Assembly: GCA_965205865.1 (NCBI GenBank)
Contig: CBDBHR010000030.1
Span: forward strand, 416,001 to 480,000
Source of the DNA: a bacterium
GTDB taxonomy: Bacteria; SAR324; NAC60-12
Length of the DNA stretch: 64,000 bases
Direction: 5' to 3'
Position numbers and translations under genes: made by a program. Below are positions 17,195-27,222 of this stretch, in pieces (within the stretch, counting starts at the first letter, position 1; each line of letters starts with the position of its first letter). The notes beneath the pieces were generated by a model. That model did not search any database. It was not told the DNA's origin and saw only the letters and a list, made by a program, of their open reading frames with translations.

Positions 17195-17938
17195 ATGCAT
17201 CCATTCCTTTTTTCCGCTTTCATAGCAACGCTTGCCACCTCATTTGTCGCCTTATTTTTTCTGACGAGTGGTTCATTCATAATGGCCGAGGAACAACCGA
17301 TCGCATTCAGTCATGATGAGCATGCCACTCAAAATCAAATACCCTGTCAATACTGCCACATTTATGCGAGGCGATCTTTTTCCTCAGGTGTGCCTCCTGT
17401 CAGTATTTGTCTGGGTTGTCACGGGACGAAGGAAGCTCCCTTGATCCTGCCGGAAAGTGTGGAAGTGAATAAAATGCGGGACTATTGGGCAAAACAGGAA
17501 CCCATTCCCTGGGTCAAAATTCACGACATTCCCGACTTTGTGCGTTTCCCTCACACGAAACACGTCAACGCTGATTCCGAGCGTTTCAAGGAAGGCGCGG
17601 AAAAGGGTTGTGACGAGACCAGCGATGAACGTTCACTGGCGTGTAAAGTGAAATTTTTCAAACAAGGAGGAGACGACCGCTGCATGGCCTGCCATGGTGG
17701 AATAAAAACGATGGAAGTAGCGCAAGTGGTCGACAGTAACTTTGGCGAGATGGGATGGTGTCTGCAATGCCACCTCGAAGTGAAAGGGGCAGTTGCCAGG
17801 AAAAGTGCGCTCAGCACCCTTCAGGGTTGGTTCAATGCCAAAGAACAAGATGAAAAACGAGAAAAATTGATTGGATTGGAAAACGCGAAAGGGTACCACA
17901 ATCCTGTTCTCACAGACTGTTACAGTTGTCATTATTAG
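17195..17938 (+). CDS. actA: Alternative complex III pentaheme cytochrome c
   Basis: Five CxxCH motifs; QPIAFSH; N-terminal TM. Confidence 0.88.
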   Translation: MHPFLFSAFIATLATSFVALFFLTSGSFIMAEEQPIAFSHDEHATQNQIPCQYCHIYARRSFSSGVPPVSICLGCHGTKEAPLILPESVEVNKMRDYWAKQEPIPWVKIHDIPDFVRFPHTKHVNADSERFKEGAEKGCDETSDERSLACKVKFFKQGGDDRCMACHGGIKTMEVAQVVDSNFGEMGWCLQCHLEVKGAVARKSALSTLQGWFNAKEQDEKREKLIGLENAKGYHNPVLTDCYSCHY

Positions 17939-17949
17939 GAGACGTTGCA

Positions 17950-20925
17950 ATGAAAAAAGGCCTCAGTAGAAGAAATTTATTCAAATACATGGGATTGGGT
18001 GGCGCAACGGCGCTGGCAGCGAGTTGTGAGCAAAAACCTGAAAAATTGATCCCCTTGCTGCTCCCTCCCAATGAGTTTGAATACACTCCCCAGACGGCAT
18101 ACCAATATATGACCACCTGCCAGGAATGCTCGGCAGGCTGCGGTATGATGGTCACTGCCCGGGAAGGCCGGGCCCAAAAAGCGGAAGGCAACCCCAATCA
18201 CCCTGTCAACCAAGGGGCGCTTTGCGCCAAGGGGCAGGCATCCATGCAAGCGCTCTACAATCCGGATCGACTCGCTTTTCCTCAACAATCCGCAAGGCCA
18301 TTGAGCTGGGCTGATGCGGTGAATATTTTTACGGAGAAAGTACAGGGGGCCGCCGGACAAATCGCATATCTCGGCAAACCGCTCACAGGGAGTGATGGTC
18401 CCTTCATCGAGCAATGGCTTGCGGCCGCAGGTGGAGGAAAACGGGTCAACTTCGAGGTCCAATCGCGGGTCAGCGAAAGAACTGCCAATCAAATTGCGTT
18501 TGGGCGGGCGGAGCTGCCGCATTATGCTCTTGAAAAAGCCAAATATTTGCTCAACTTCAGCAGCGATTTTATGGAAACCTGGGGCAGTGTCGTGGAAAAC
18601 ACCCGTCAATTCACTGCCATGCATGCCTATCAAAATGGCCATAAAAACAAATTCCTGCATGTGGGACCGCATGTTTCCCTGACTGGCGCCAAAGCCGATG
18701 AATGGGTGCCGATCAAACCGGGCGCCGAAGGCATGATGGCATTGGCCATTGCCCAGCAAGTGCGCAATACAAAGGATAATTACAAATTCTTGGAGGGATA
18801 TCTCGCTGAATTCGCCCCGGAAAAAGTTGCGGATCAAATCGGAATCACTGCTGAAACCATCAAAAGAATCGCCGGGGAATTCGAGTCTCATTCCCCAAGC
18901 CTCGCTTTGGGTGGAGGCAACATAGTGGCCACGGAACACGGTACCAGCACTCTGGTTGCGATCAATATCTTGAATGCAGTTGCCGGGAATCTTGGCGAGA
19001 CGGTGCGGTTTCTCGATCAAACGACTGCTGTTCCCGACTCGCACCGGGAAGTACTGCAACTGATCCGGGATTTGAATGAGGAGAAAGTCAGAGTACTGAT
19101 CATTGACGATGTCAATCCGGTTTATGCGTTGCCTCCTTCGTTCGGCTTCGCGCAAGCCATGCAGAAGGCATTTGTGGTGGCTCTCTCGACATTCCGGGAT
19201 GAAACCACAAGCCAAGCCGACCTTGTTCTTCCCACGCTGACCGCTTATGAAAGCTGGGGAGACACCTTTCTGCGCTCCGGAATCCGCAGTATCATGCAAC
19301 CGGTGATGTCACCGGTGGACAAATTTGACGCAAAAGCCAAAGCCGATGTTTTGCTGGCGGTCAACAAGCAGCTGGGGACAGGTCAGTTTGCAGGTGTTGG
19401 CAGCTATCAGGATTATTTAAAAAACGTCTGGGCCGGAATTCACGCAGAGACGGACAGCAGCGATCCATTCGCCGCTTTTTGGATAAAAACATTGGAAATG
19501 GGGGGATTATTCAATGAAGCGACGCCTGTCCATGTCTTCTTGCAGCCGGATGTGAGCAAGTACAAACCACAAGCCCCCCAACTGGAAGGAACAGGTCTGA
19601 CTTTGTTGCCTTCACCCTCCTTGATGATGGGAGATGGCAGTGGAGCCAACAGACCCTGGTTGCAGGAAATTCCAAATCCCATGACTCAAATCGTCTGGGA
19701 TTCCTGGGTCGAGATCAATCCCGATACCGCCAGAAAGTTGGCCATTGGAGATCGGGAAGTCGTACGGGTGAGCACGCCTCACGGCAGTGTGGAAGCAACG
19801 GCTTATTACCATTTTGGTATTCATAGAGATGCCATCGCAATCCCTTTAGGCCAGGGGCATACGCGCTCGGGTCCGGTTGCGGACAATTACGGAGTCAATG
19901 TTCTTGATTTGCTCCCGCTAAAAACCGACCCGGACTCCGGGGATCTCAGTTGGGTCAGTGTCAATGCCCAAGTCGTCCGCGCATCACAGCGTTCCTATAC
20001 CGTCAACGTCGATGGCAACGCCCGTCAATTGGGTCGCAACATCGCCTTGGCCACAACGCTGGAAGCACTTAAAAATCCGCAGTCCGATGACAACGGTCAC
20101 CCGCAACGCCCCACGGAAGCATATCCTCCACGCCGGGAAACGGCTGGATACTACAAACCATATCGTTGGGGGATGACCATTGATCTGGATCGTTGCAATG
20201 GCTGTTCGGCCTGTGTGGTTGCTTGTTATGCGGAAAACAATTTACCAGTAGTAGGTAAAGAACGAACCGGGTTGGGACGCGAAATGTCTTGGATCCGCAT
20301 CGATCGCTATATTGAAGGACATGGAGATGATTTTGAAACTCGCTTCGCTCCCATTACTTGTCAGCAATGCGAGAATGCAGGTTGTGAACCCGTCTGTCCG
20401 GTATATGCCACCTATCACAATTCTGAAGGATTGAACGTACAAGCCTACAATCGCTGCGTGGGAACCCGGTATTGTTCCAACAACTGCGCCTACAAAGTGC
20501 GCCGCTTCAATTGGTTCAATTACGAATTTCCCGAGCCTCTCAATCAACAGTTGAACAGCTCCATTACCACCCGCAGTGTGGGAGTGATGGAAAAATGCAC
20601 CTTTTGCGTGCAGCGTATCAAACAGTCCCAAAGCGCCGCTCGTCAGTTGGGACGCGACGTCAAGGATGGGGAGGTTTTGACGGCTTGTCAACAGACTTGT
20701 CCAACGCAAGCCATCACCTTTGGCAATCTGATGGACCCCGAAAGCCAAGTTTCTCGAAATGCCAGGCGGAGGGAAAACGGAGAGGGTGAAAATGGCGCAA
20801 AAAATCGGGACCGTCAATATGAAATGATTGCTGAATTAAATTACAAACCAGCCATCACGTATCTCAAGAAAGTCAATCTGCATGACGCGCCGTCGTTCCA
20901 TCATGGCGAAGAATCACACAGCTAA
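17950..20925 (+). CDS. actB: ACIII molybdopterin-like/Fe-S fusion subunit
   Basis: Tat signal SRRNLFK, lipobox LAASC, PWLQE; C-terminal NrfC-like Cys clusters. Confidence 0.9.
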   Translation: MKKGLSRRNLFKYMGLGGATALAASCEQKPEKLIPLLLPPNEFEYTPQTAYQYMTTCQECSAGCGMMVTAREGRAQKAEGNPNHPVNQGALCAKGQASMQALYNPDRLAFPQQSARPLSWADAVNIFTEKVQGAAGQIAYLGKPLTGSDGPFIEQWLAAAGGGKRVNFEVQSRVSERTANQIAFGRAELPHYALEKAKYLLNFSSDFMETWGSVVENTRQFTAMHAYQNGHKNKFLHVGPHVSLTGAKADEWVPIKPGAEGMMALAIAQQVRNTKDNYKFLEGYLAEFAPEKVADQIGITAETIKRIAGEFESHSPSLALGGGNIVATEHGTSTLVAINILNAVAGNLGETVRFLDQTTAVPDSHREVLQLIRDLNEEKVRVLIIDDVNPVYALPPSFGFAQAMQKAFVVALSTFRDETTSQADLVLPTLTAYESWGDTFLRSGIRSIMQPVMSPVDKFDAKAKADVLLAVNKQLGTGQFAGVGSYQDYLKNVWAGIHAETDSSDPFAAFWIKTLEMGGLFNEATPVHVFLQPDVSKYKPQAPQLEGTGLTLLPSPSLMMGDGSGANRPWLQEIPNPMTQIVWDSWVEINPDTARKLAIGDREVVRVSTPHGSVEATAYYHFGIHRDAIAIPLGQGHTRSGPVADNYGVNVLDLLPLKTDPDSGDLSWVSVNAQVVRASQRSYTVNVDGNARQLGRNIALATTLEALKNPQSDDNGHPQRPTEAYPPRRETAGYYKPYRWGMTIDLDRCNGCSACVVACYAENNLPVVGKERTGLGREMSWIRIDRYIEGHGDDFETRFAPITCQQCENAGCEPVCPVYATYHNSEGLNVQAYNRCVGTRYCSNNCAYKVRRFNWFNYEFPEPLNQQLNSSITTRSVGVMEKCTFCVQRIKQSQSAARQLGRDVKDGEVLTACQQTCPTQAITFGNLMDPESQVSRNARRRENGEGENGAKNRDRQYEMIAELNYKPAITYLKKVNLHDAPSFHHGEESHS

Positions 20926-20959
20926 ACTTTAATATCCATAGCCTGACAGGAGGTTTTTT

Positions 20960-22342
20960 ATGAGTGCAACAACACTCAGCTATGCGAAAATCGATGACGA
21001 CCTACTCGCCCTGCTGGATCGTCCGCACCCCTCTTATTTTCTCTTGGTACTGGGCTTCGTGACAGCGCTGGGATTGGGTGTACTTTCCGTTGCCGTTCAA
21101 ATCAACGTTGGTATTGGTTACAGCGGGATCAGTCATCCGATTGGATGGGGAGTCTACATCACTAATTTCGTATTCTGGATCGGGATTGGTCATGCCGGCA
21201 CGCTTATTTCCGCAGTTTTTTATTTGACTCGCGCTCCCTGGAGAACAGCTATCTATCGTGGCGCGGAAGCGATGACGGTTTTTGCGGTGATGACTGCGGG
21301 ACTCTTTCCTCTGCTGCACACGGGTCGTCCCTGGCTCGCCTATTGGCTGATCCCTTACCCCAATCAAAGGATGCTCTGGGTTAATTTTAAATCGCCTTTG
21401 CTTTGGGACGTTTTTGCGGTGACCACCTACCTGACTGTTTCTGTGCTTTTCTTCATGATCGGCTTGATTCCGGATATTGCGATCATACGAGATGACGCGA
21501 TTCGTAAAGGCAAGAAATTGCGGGCATTGATCTTCATCCCCTTGTCATTTATGTGGCGTGGTACCAATTTTCAATGGATGCACTATCTCCGCGGCTACAT
21601 GATATACGCCGCCATCGCCACCCCTCTTGTCTTCTCAGTACATTCCATCGTTTCCTGGGATTTTGCCATGTCCTCACTTCCAGGCTGGCACACTACGATC
21701 TTTGCCCCTTATTTCGTCGCTGGCGCAATTTTCTCGGGATTGGCGATGGTGATGACGGCTTTGATTCCAATGCGGGTTGTATTCGACTTGGAAAAATACA
21801 TCACCGATCACGTCATTCAAAGCGTCTGCCGCGTCATTCTGTTCACTTCGGTGATCGTGGGTTACGCGTATGGCAGTGAATTTTTTATTGCCTGGTACAG
21901 TGGCAGCGAATTCGAACGCTCTCTCTTTTACTTCAGGACCTTTGGCGCCATGGAAGACTGGACGCTTTTGGGAGAGCAAGAAATCGGTTTTCCACAGATT
22001 GCATTCTTTTTGATGGTTTTCTGCAACGTGATTGCGCCTCTTCCTCTCTGGCGTTGGAAAATCCGCAACAACATCGTTTGCGTGTGGATCATCTGCGCCC
22101 TGATCAACGTGGGGATGTGGTTCGAACGTTTCAACATTGTGGGCAGCTCCCTGCAAAGGGATTTCATCCCCTCCGCCTGGGGGTCCTATTGGCCGACCGT
22201 TGTTGAGTTTGGCATAACTATTGGCAGTTTTGGTTTCTTTTTCACGTTGTTCAGTTTATTCGCAAAATCCCTACCGCCCATGGCCATCATGGAAATGAAA
22301 GAAAACGCGCATCCCCCCATGAAGAAGGAGATAGATGAGTAA
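20960..22342 (+). CDS. actC: ACIII NrfD-family quinol-binding subunit
   Basis: WGVYITNFVFWIGIGHAGTLISA and SVHSIVSWDFA motifs. Confidence 0.93.
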   Translation: MSATTLSYAKIDDDLLALLDRPHPSYFLLVLGFVTALGLGVLSVAVQINVGIGYSGISHPIGWGVYITNFVFWIGIGHAGTLISAVFYLTRAPWRTAIYRGAEAMTVFAVMTAGLFPLLHTGRPWLAYWLIPYPNQRMLWVNFKSPLLWDVFAVTTYLTVSVLFFMIGLIPDIAIIRDDAIRKGKKLRALIFIPLSFMWRGTNFQWMHYLRGYMIYAAIATPLVFSVHSIVSWDFAMSSLPGWHTTIFAPYFVAGAIFSGLAMVMTALIPMRVVFDLEKYITDHVIQSVCRVILFTSVIVGYAYGSEFFIAWYSGSEFERSLFYFRTFGAMEDWTLLGEQEIGFPQIAFFLMVFCNVIAPLPLWRWKIRNNIVCVWIICALINVGMWFERFNIVGSSLQRDFIPSAWGSYWPTVVEFGITIGSFGFFFTLFSLFAKSLPPMAIMEMKENAHPPMKKEIDE

Positions 22343-22856
22343 GTTTAATGGAGTCTGGGCCAGTTTTGAGTATCTTGACGAACTCACGGAGGCAATTGAG
22401 AAAGTGCGGCAGCAGGGAACACAGCCGCAAGTGCTTTCTCCCTGCCCCCGGCATGAAATCGAACGCGCATTGGGAGATCCGCAAACCCGGCTACCCTTCA
22501 TCGCTTTGATTTTTGGCGCCTTGGGTTGCCTGACCGGATACAGTTTTCCCGCCTGGACGGCCTCTGATTGGATTTTACCAGTGGGCGGGAAACCCCTTTT
22601 GGCGATTCCACCCTTCACTATCATAGGATTTGAATTGACCATCTTGTTCACCGCTCTTTTTACGCTGGCAGGCATGATTGTTTTGATTGCGTTTGACGCC
22701 CTTCGCTATCCTCTGCCGAAAGGGGTTAAAAAATACGCGCGCTTTCAAAGAGATCGTTTCGGTCTGGTGGTTGCTTGCGAATCCAATCAAACCCAGGATT
22801 TTGAAAAACTCTTAAAAGCTCATGGAGCCGAGGAGGTGCGCATTGAAACTCATTAG
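22335..22856 (+). CDS. actD: ACIII subunit D (DUF3341)
   Basis: VGGKP, FELTILF and GAEEV motifs; operon position. Confidence 0.88.
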   Translation: MSKFNGVWASFEYLDELTEAIEKVRQQGTQPQVLSPCPRHEIERALGDPQTRLPFIALIFGALGCLTGYSFPAWTASDWILPVGGKPLLAIPPFTIIGFELTILFTALFTLAGMIVLIAFDALRYPLPKGVKKYARFQRDRFGLVVACESNQTQDFEKLLKAHGAEEVRIETH

Positions 22857-23535
22857 ACTCATGCAGACCCTCCGTACCAACGTTCCAGCCACCGCATTCG
22901 TCATAATCCTGATGATTCCGAGTATTGGCATGGAAGGATGGGCCAATCCTCCCAATCGTCCTTTGAGCGACCCTGAAAAGGGAGGCTACAATTTCAAGGA
23001 TGATGCGCGCCCCTGGTTCGACTGGATTGAAATTCCCTACTATCGGGAAATGTTCGATGGCCCCGGTATCAAAGCCCAGCAAGAAGGAACTTACCAGCAA
23101 TTTCCCCAAGGCGCGGTTCCCGTAAAATTCAGCTTAGGAAAAATCCAATCCATCTTTGAACCGATTCTCTTTGCGGAGCGGGAAATCAAACCACAAAATC
23201 CGACGCAAGCCACCGCTGAATCGATTGCGAGGGGACAGCTGTTGTTCAATACGTACTGCAGCGTATGTCATGGAAAAACGGGGAAAGCAGACACGGTTGT
23301 TGCGCAAAAATCCAAGGGGATCCTTTATATTCCCGCAGATCTTACTCTGTATATTCAAACTTTTGGCGAGCCCCATCTTTACAACAAAATACGGTACGGC
23401 AGCTACTACAACACGGGATATTATTACCCCCTGCCCGGACTGATGCCGTCATACGGAGCGCAAACCTCCCCTCAGGACCGTTGGGATATGGTTAACTACA
23501 TGAAGAGTGAAAATTTTGGTAAGGAGGCGAAATAG
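22843..23535 (+). CDS. actE: ACIII monoheme cytochrome c (start uncertain)
   Basis: CSVCH, MPSY and DRW motifs; operon position. Confidence 0.82.
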   Translation: MKLIRLMQTLRTNVPATAFVIILMIPSIGMEGWANPPNRPLSDPEKGGYNFKDDARPWFDWIEIPYYREMFDGPGIKAQQEGTYQQFPQGAVPVKFSLGKIQSIFEPILFAEREIKPQNPTQATAESIARGQLLFNTYCSVCHGKTGKADTVVAQKSKGILYIPADLTLYIQTFGEPHLYNKIRYGSYYNTGYYYPLPGLMPSYGAQTSPQDRWDMVNYMKSENFGKEAK

Positions 23536-24810
23536 ATGAAAGAGTTATTGGATAAGTCAGGCTTCGAGATTTCAGGCCCCGTGAAAATGGGGCTTTGGAT
23601 CTGCGTGGTCCTCGGAGTACTGATGTTCATTACTGGCTTGGCTACCAGTGGTCAGGAAGGACTGGTACGCACTTGGGAGACCTTGTTGATCAACGTCATG
23701 TTCTGGGGAGGATTGGCTCAAGCCGGAGTGATCTGGTCCGTGATCTGGCAAATCACTGATGCGAAATGGGCAAGGCCATTCAAACGCATGGCAGAAGCCT
23801 GTGGGGCGTTTTTGCCCCTTTCTTTTTTCTTGTTCATCCTGGTTTTTTTTGGAAGCCATTTTCTTTACGAATGGGTGGAAAATCCTTTCATGCACCATGG
23901 GCGCGCGGTCAAGGAGGGCTGGCTGAATCTCCATTTCTTTGTCGCTCGAAATATTTTCTGGCTGGTATTGATGTACGGCGTTTCTTACATCTTTGTGATT
24001 ACCTCTCTGAAGCCCGATTTTGGTCTGGCCCGTCAGTTGTCGCAAGGATGGGGAGGCAAACTGGGGGATTTTCTCCTCAAGGGATACGGGGCGCATGAAA
24101 ACGAAGTGCTTCGTTTGGAACAGCTCTCCCGGAGACTGGCTCCTACACTGGCGCTGATTTATACGATTGCGGCAACTTTCATTGCCTGGGATTTTATCAT
24201 GAGCCTGGACCAGGAATGGTTCAGCACCCTTTTTGGCGTATTCATTATAGTGGGGAGTTTGCAGACGGCCCTGGGGATTCTCCTGGCAGTGGCAGTGACG
24301 TTTCGCGACAAGTTGGATCTTGGAGAGTACATCACGATCAACCGCTTGCACGATCTGGCTAAAATGACATTTGCTTTTTCTTTGGTGTGGACCTACATGG
24401 GCTACTCTCAATATCTTGTCATTTGGTATGCGGATCTTCCCGAGGAAACTCCATTCCTGGTCATCCGTTCATTTGAACAGCCCTGGCAAACGCTGTTCGT
24501 CATCGTTATCTTGTGGATTTTCGTATCCGTCTTTTTGATCTTGTTGCCCAAGACCATCTGCCGCACTCCCTGGATCATTCGTATTGTGGGAATTTATGTT
24601 GCAATCGGGCATTGGGTGGCCATCTATTTGCTGATCGTTCCCTCGCTTCAGGAGCCGGGACATTATCACATTCTTTTTGGCGCCCATGAAATTTTAATCA
24701 CGCTTGGATTTCTTGGCGCATTTTTCCTCTGTTATTTCACTTTTCTGGGAAAAGTGCCGATTGTCCCCATCTCGGACAAACATCTTTGCAAATCATGGCA
24801 TGGTCACTGA
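23536..24810 (+). CDS. actF: ACIII membrane subunit F
   Basis: DFIMSLDQEWFSTLFG and YSQYLVIWYADLPEE motifs. Confidence 0.9.
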   Translation: MKELLDKSGFEISGPVKMGLWICVVLGVLMFITGLATSGQEGLVRTWETLLINVMFWGGLAQAGVIWSVIWQITDAKWARPFKRMAEACGAFLPLSFFLFILVFFGSHFLYEWVENPFMHHGRAVKEGWLNLHFFVARNIFWLVLMYGVSYIFVITSLKPDFGLARQLSQGWGGKLGDFLLKGYGAHENEVLRLEQLSRRLAPTLALIYTIAATFIAWDFIMSLDQEWFSTLFGVFIIVGSLQTALGILLAVAVTFRDKLDLGEYITINRLHDLAKMTFAFSLVWTYMGYSQYLVIWYADLPEETPFLVIRSFEQPWQTLFVIVILWIFVSVFLILLPKTICRTPWIIRIVGIYVAIGHWVAIYLLIVPSLQEPGHYHILFGAHEILITLGFLGAFFLCYFTFLGKVPIVPISDKHLCKSWHGH

Positions 24811-25003
24811 AATTCTCCCCATTCCTCCTTTTTGCTCCCTGGGAAGGAAGGATGCTTCGGGAAGGAGTTTTGTGAACTTTCATTTAAAGACTTGACAGAT
24901 GAGCTACTCCAATATTAATTTAGGGAGATTGGAGTGAATCTCTTATTGAGAGAGATTTTTATATAAACTCCGCGCAAGAGATGATTTTATTATAAGGGAG
25001 AAT

Positions 25004-25702
25004 ATGATGGCAGTTTTCACAATGGACGGTTTATACATGATATTACGTTGGGCCCATTTATTGGCGGGGATCACCTGGATTGGCCTTCTTTATTATTTTA
25101 ATTTTGTGCAATCAGAATGGTTTAAAGAAACGGAGGCCGGTGCCAAGTCCGCTGCTGTTCAAAAATTGGTTCCGCGCGCTTTATGGTGGTTCAGGTGGGC
25201 AGCGATGGTGACATTCCTGGCAGGAGCTCTCACTCTTTTGTTAAAAGGCGGCCATGCTGGTTGGGCGATTTATGATACCTCCTGGGGTATTTTCATATTG
25301 ACCGGATCTGCAATGGGAACCTTGATGTTTTTGAATGTCTGGCTCATTATCTGGCCGGCGCAACAAGTGGTCATCGCATCGGCAGACCAAGTGGCTCAAG
25401 GAGGAAAAGCCATTCCGGATGCAGTGGAACGAGGAGCGAAAGCAACATTGGCTTCTCGTACGAACACGCTCTTTTCCATTCCGATGCTATTCTTCATGGG
25501 AGCGGCCAGTCATTTGCCTTTGAATGCTTCAGAAGATTATAGCAGAAGCGCCCTGGTGATTGTGCTTGCCATCATCATCGGCGCACTCGAAATAAATTCC
25601 ATAGTGGGCAAACCGAGTGTGATGACAACAGTGAAAGGAGTCATCACTTGGGGTTTTGGCCTGTCTGTGGTTTTATACGCAGTCATTGAAATTATAGTCT
25701 GA
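25004..25702 (+). CDS. Urate_ox_N/PuuD-like membrane protein
   Basis: LRWAHLLAGITWIGLLYYFN, WFRWAA, NVWLIIWPAQ and SRTN motifs. Confidence 0.75.
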   Translation: MMAVFTMDGLYMILRWAHLLAGITWIGLLYYFNFVQSEWFKETEAGAKSAAVQKLVPRALWWFRWAAMVTFLAGALTLLLKGGHAGWAIYDTSWGIFILTGSAMGTLMFLNVWLIIWPAQQVVIASADQVAQGGKAIPDAVERGAKATLASRTNTLFSIPMLFFMGAASHLPLNASEDYSRSALVIVLAIIIGALEINSIVGKPSVMTTVKGVITWGFGLSVVLYAVIEIIV

Positions 25703-25804
25703 TCTCTTCTCTCTTTTCCGTTTCACAGGCAACGCCAATCCGGGGGTTTCCGGATTGGCGCCTGTCCGCATTTCCCAATATCCGTTTGAAAAATTCTTTT
25801 TTAT

Positions 25805-26155
25805 ATGAAAAATCGAACAGTCTGCGGATGGATATTGGCATGCTTGTTGGTAATAATAATCGGCTGCGAGAAGAGCCGGAATTCCTCTTCGCAGAGTTCT
25901 GCGGATAGCGTTTTGCTCCAAAAAGGGAAAATCGTCTATATTGCGAATTGCACTGCGTGCCATCATACGGATCCCGCGCAAAATGGAGCGCTTGGCCCCT
26001 CAGTGGCGGATTCTTCATTGGAACTCCTGCAATTGCGACTCTTGCAATCGAAATACCCGGCAGGGTATGTTCCTAAGAGAAGCACAAAAATCATGCTCCC
26101 CCTACCCCATCTTAAAAATAACATCCAGGCGCTTCATGCTTTTTTGAACCAGTAA
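25805..26155 (+). CDS. Monoheme cytochrome c lipoprotein
   Basis: Lipobox IIGC; CTACH. Confidence 0.8.
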   Translation: MKNRTVCGWILACLLVIIIGCEKSRNSSSQSSADSVLLQKGKIVYIANCTACHHTDPAQNGALGPSVADSSLELLQLRLLQSKYPAGYVPKRSTKIMLPLPHLKNNIQALHAFLNQ

Positions 26156-26331
26156 AAGCAGCGGGACACCCCCTTAAAAAACGCTAGACCTATCAGAGAT
26201 AAAAAGGTATCTTTCGTCATGGATATTTGTGAGATACGCAACCAGATGGCTATTATCCGCAAGGAGACGAGAGACAGTGGTATCCGGTTGTTTGTTGTTT
26301 CTGCGCGCCCCCAATCAATATCAAGAAGTTT

Positions 26332-27219
26332 ATGCGAATACTCATTGCGGATGACAATGTAGAAATTCTTGATCAACTGAGACATTTCCTTGAAATGCAA
26401 GGTCACGGCGTCATCGAAGCTCAAGATGGCAACCAGGCGCTTGAACTTTTCGAGCAACAGAAAGTGGATGCCGTCTTCAGTGCGCTCACCATGCCCAAAA
26501 TGGGAGGCATGGAACTCTTGAAAGAACTGAAAGCGCTGCGTGCCAATCTCCCTTTTGTGCTCATCTCCCGGCATGAAGGCGCTCAAAACATCCTGGCTGC
26601 CTTGCATTTGGGGGCTTGTGATTTTCTCATCAAACCTCTCACCACTGCCAATCTCCATCGAACTCTTCACCAAGTCAGCGCCTTGTATGGGGATTATCAA
26701 TTCGACTATTTTTGCTTGGAACACTCCATCTCGGAATCTCGCAGTTTGGAGTTAGGAAACGATTTTGAATATATCAACCAGATTGTGGCTTTCATTACCC
26801 GGGATGCGCCTTTTTATGGAATTCTCGAAAAGGAAGACCTGTTCTCTCTGGATATCGTATTGGCGGAAGCTTTGGAAAACGCCATTTTTCATGGTAATCT
26901 GGAAATTCCTTCTGAATTGAAAAATGACGGGTATTCCCTTTTTCAGGAAGAAGGAACGCGACGCAGACAAATCATGCCGTATCGAGATAGAAAAATTTAT
27001 CTTTTCTATGAAATCACGCAAAATTCCGTCAAATATGTAATTCGTGATGAAGGAAATGGATTTGCGCACGAAAATATTTTGGATGCCAGGGACCCGGATA
27101 ATCTTTTCAGAATCACGGGTCGAGGGATGTTGCTGACAATCAATTTCATGGATGAAGTTTTTTGGAACGAGCGGGGCAATGAAATCACCATGGTCCGTTA
27201 TCGCAAAAGAAATCAATAG
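26332..27219 (+). CDS. Receiver domain fused to an RsbW-like HATPase domain
   Basis: RILIADD...KP; EALENAIFHGN, IRDEGNGF and GRGM motifs. Confidence 0.85.
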   Translation: MRILIADDNVEILDQLRHFLEMQGHGVIEAQDGNQALELFEQQKVDAVFSALTMPKMGGMELLKELKALRANLPFVLISRHEGAQNILAALHLGACDFLIKPLTTANLHRTLHQVSALYGDYQFDYFCLEHSISESRSLELGNDFEYINQIVAFITRDAPFYGILEKEDLFSLDIVLAEALENAIFHGNLEIPSELKNDGYSLFQEEGTRRRQIMPYRDRKIYLFYEITQNSVKYVIRDEGNGFAHENILDARDPDNLFRITGRGMLLTINFMDEVFWNERGNEITMVRYRKRNQ

Positions 27220-27222
27220 TGC

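Noticed and set aside
17977-19299. 440-aa antisense ORF, and similar ones at 23572-24411 and 32802-33551
   Set aside because: Shadows of well-supported genes with no recognisable motifs
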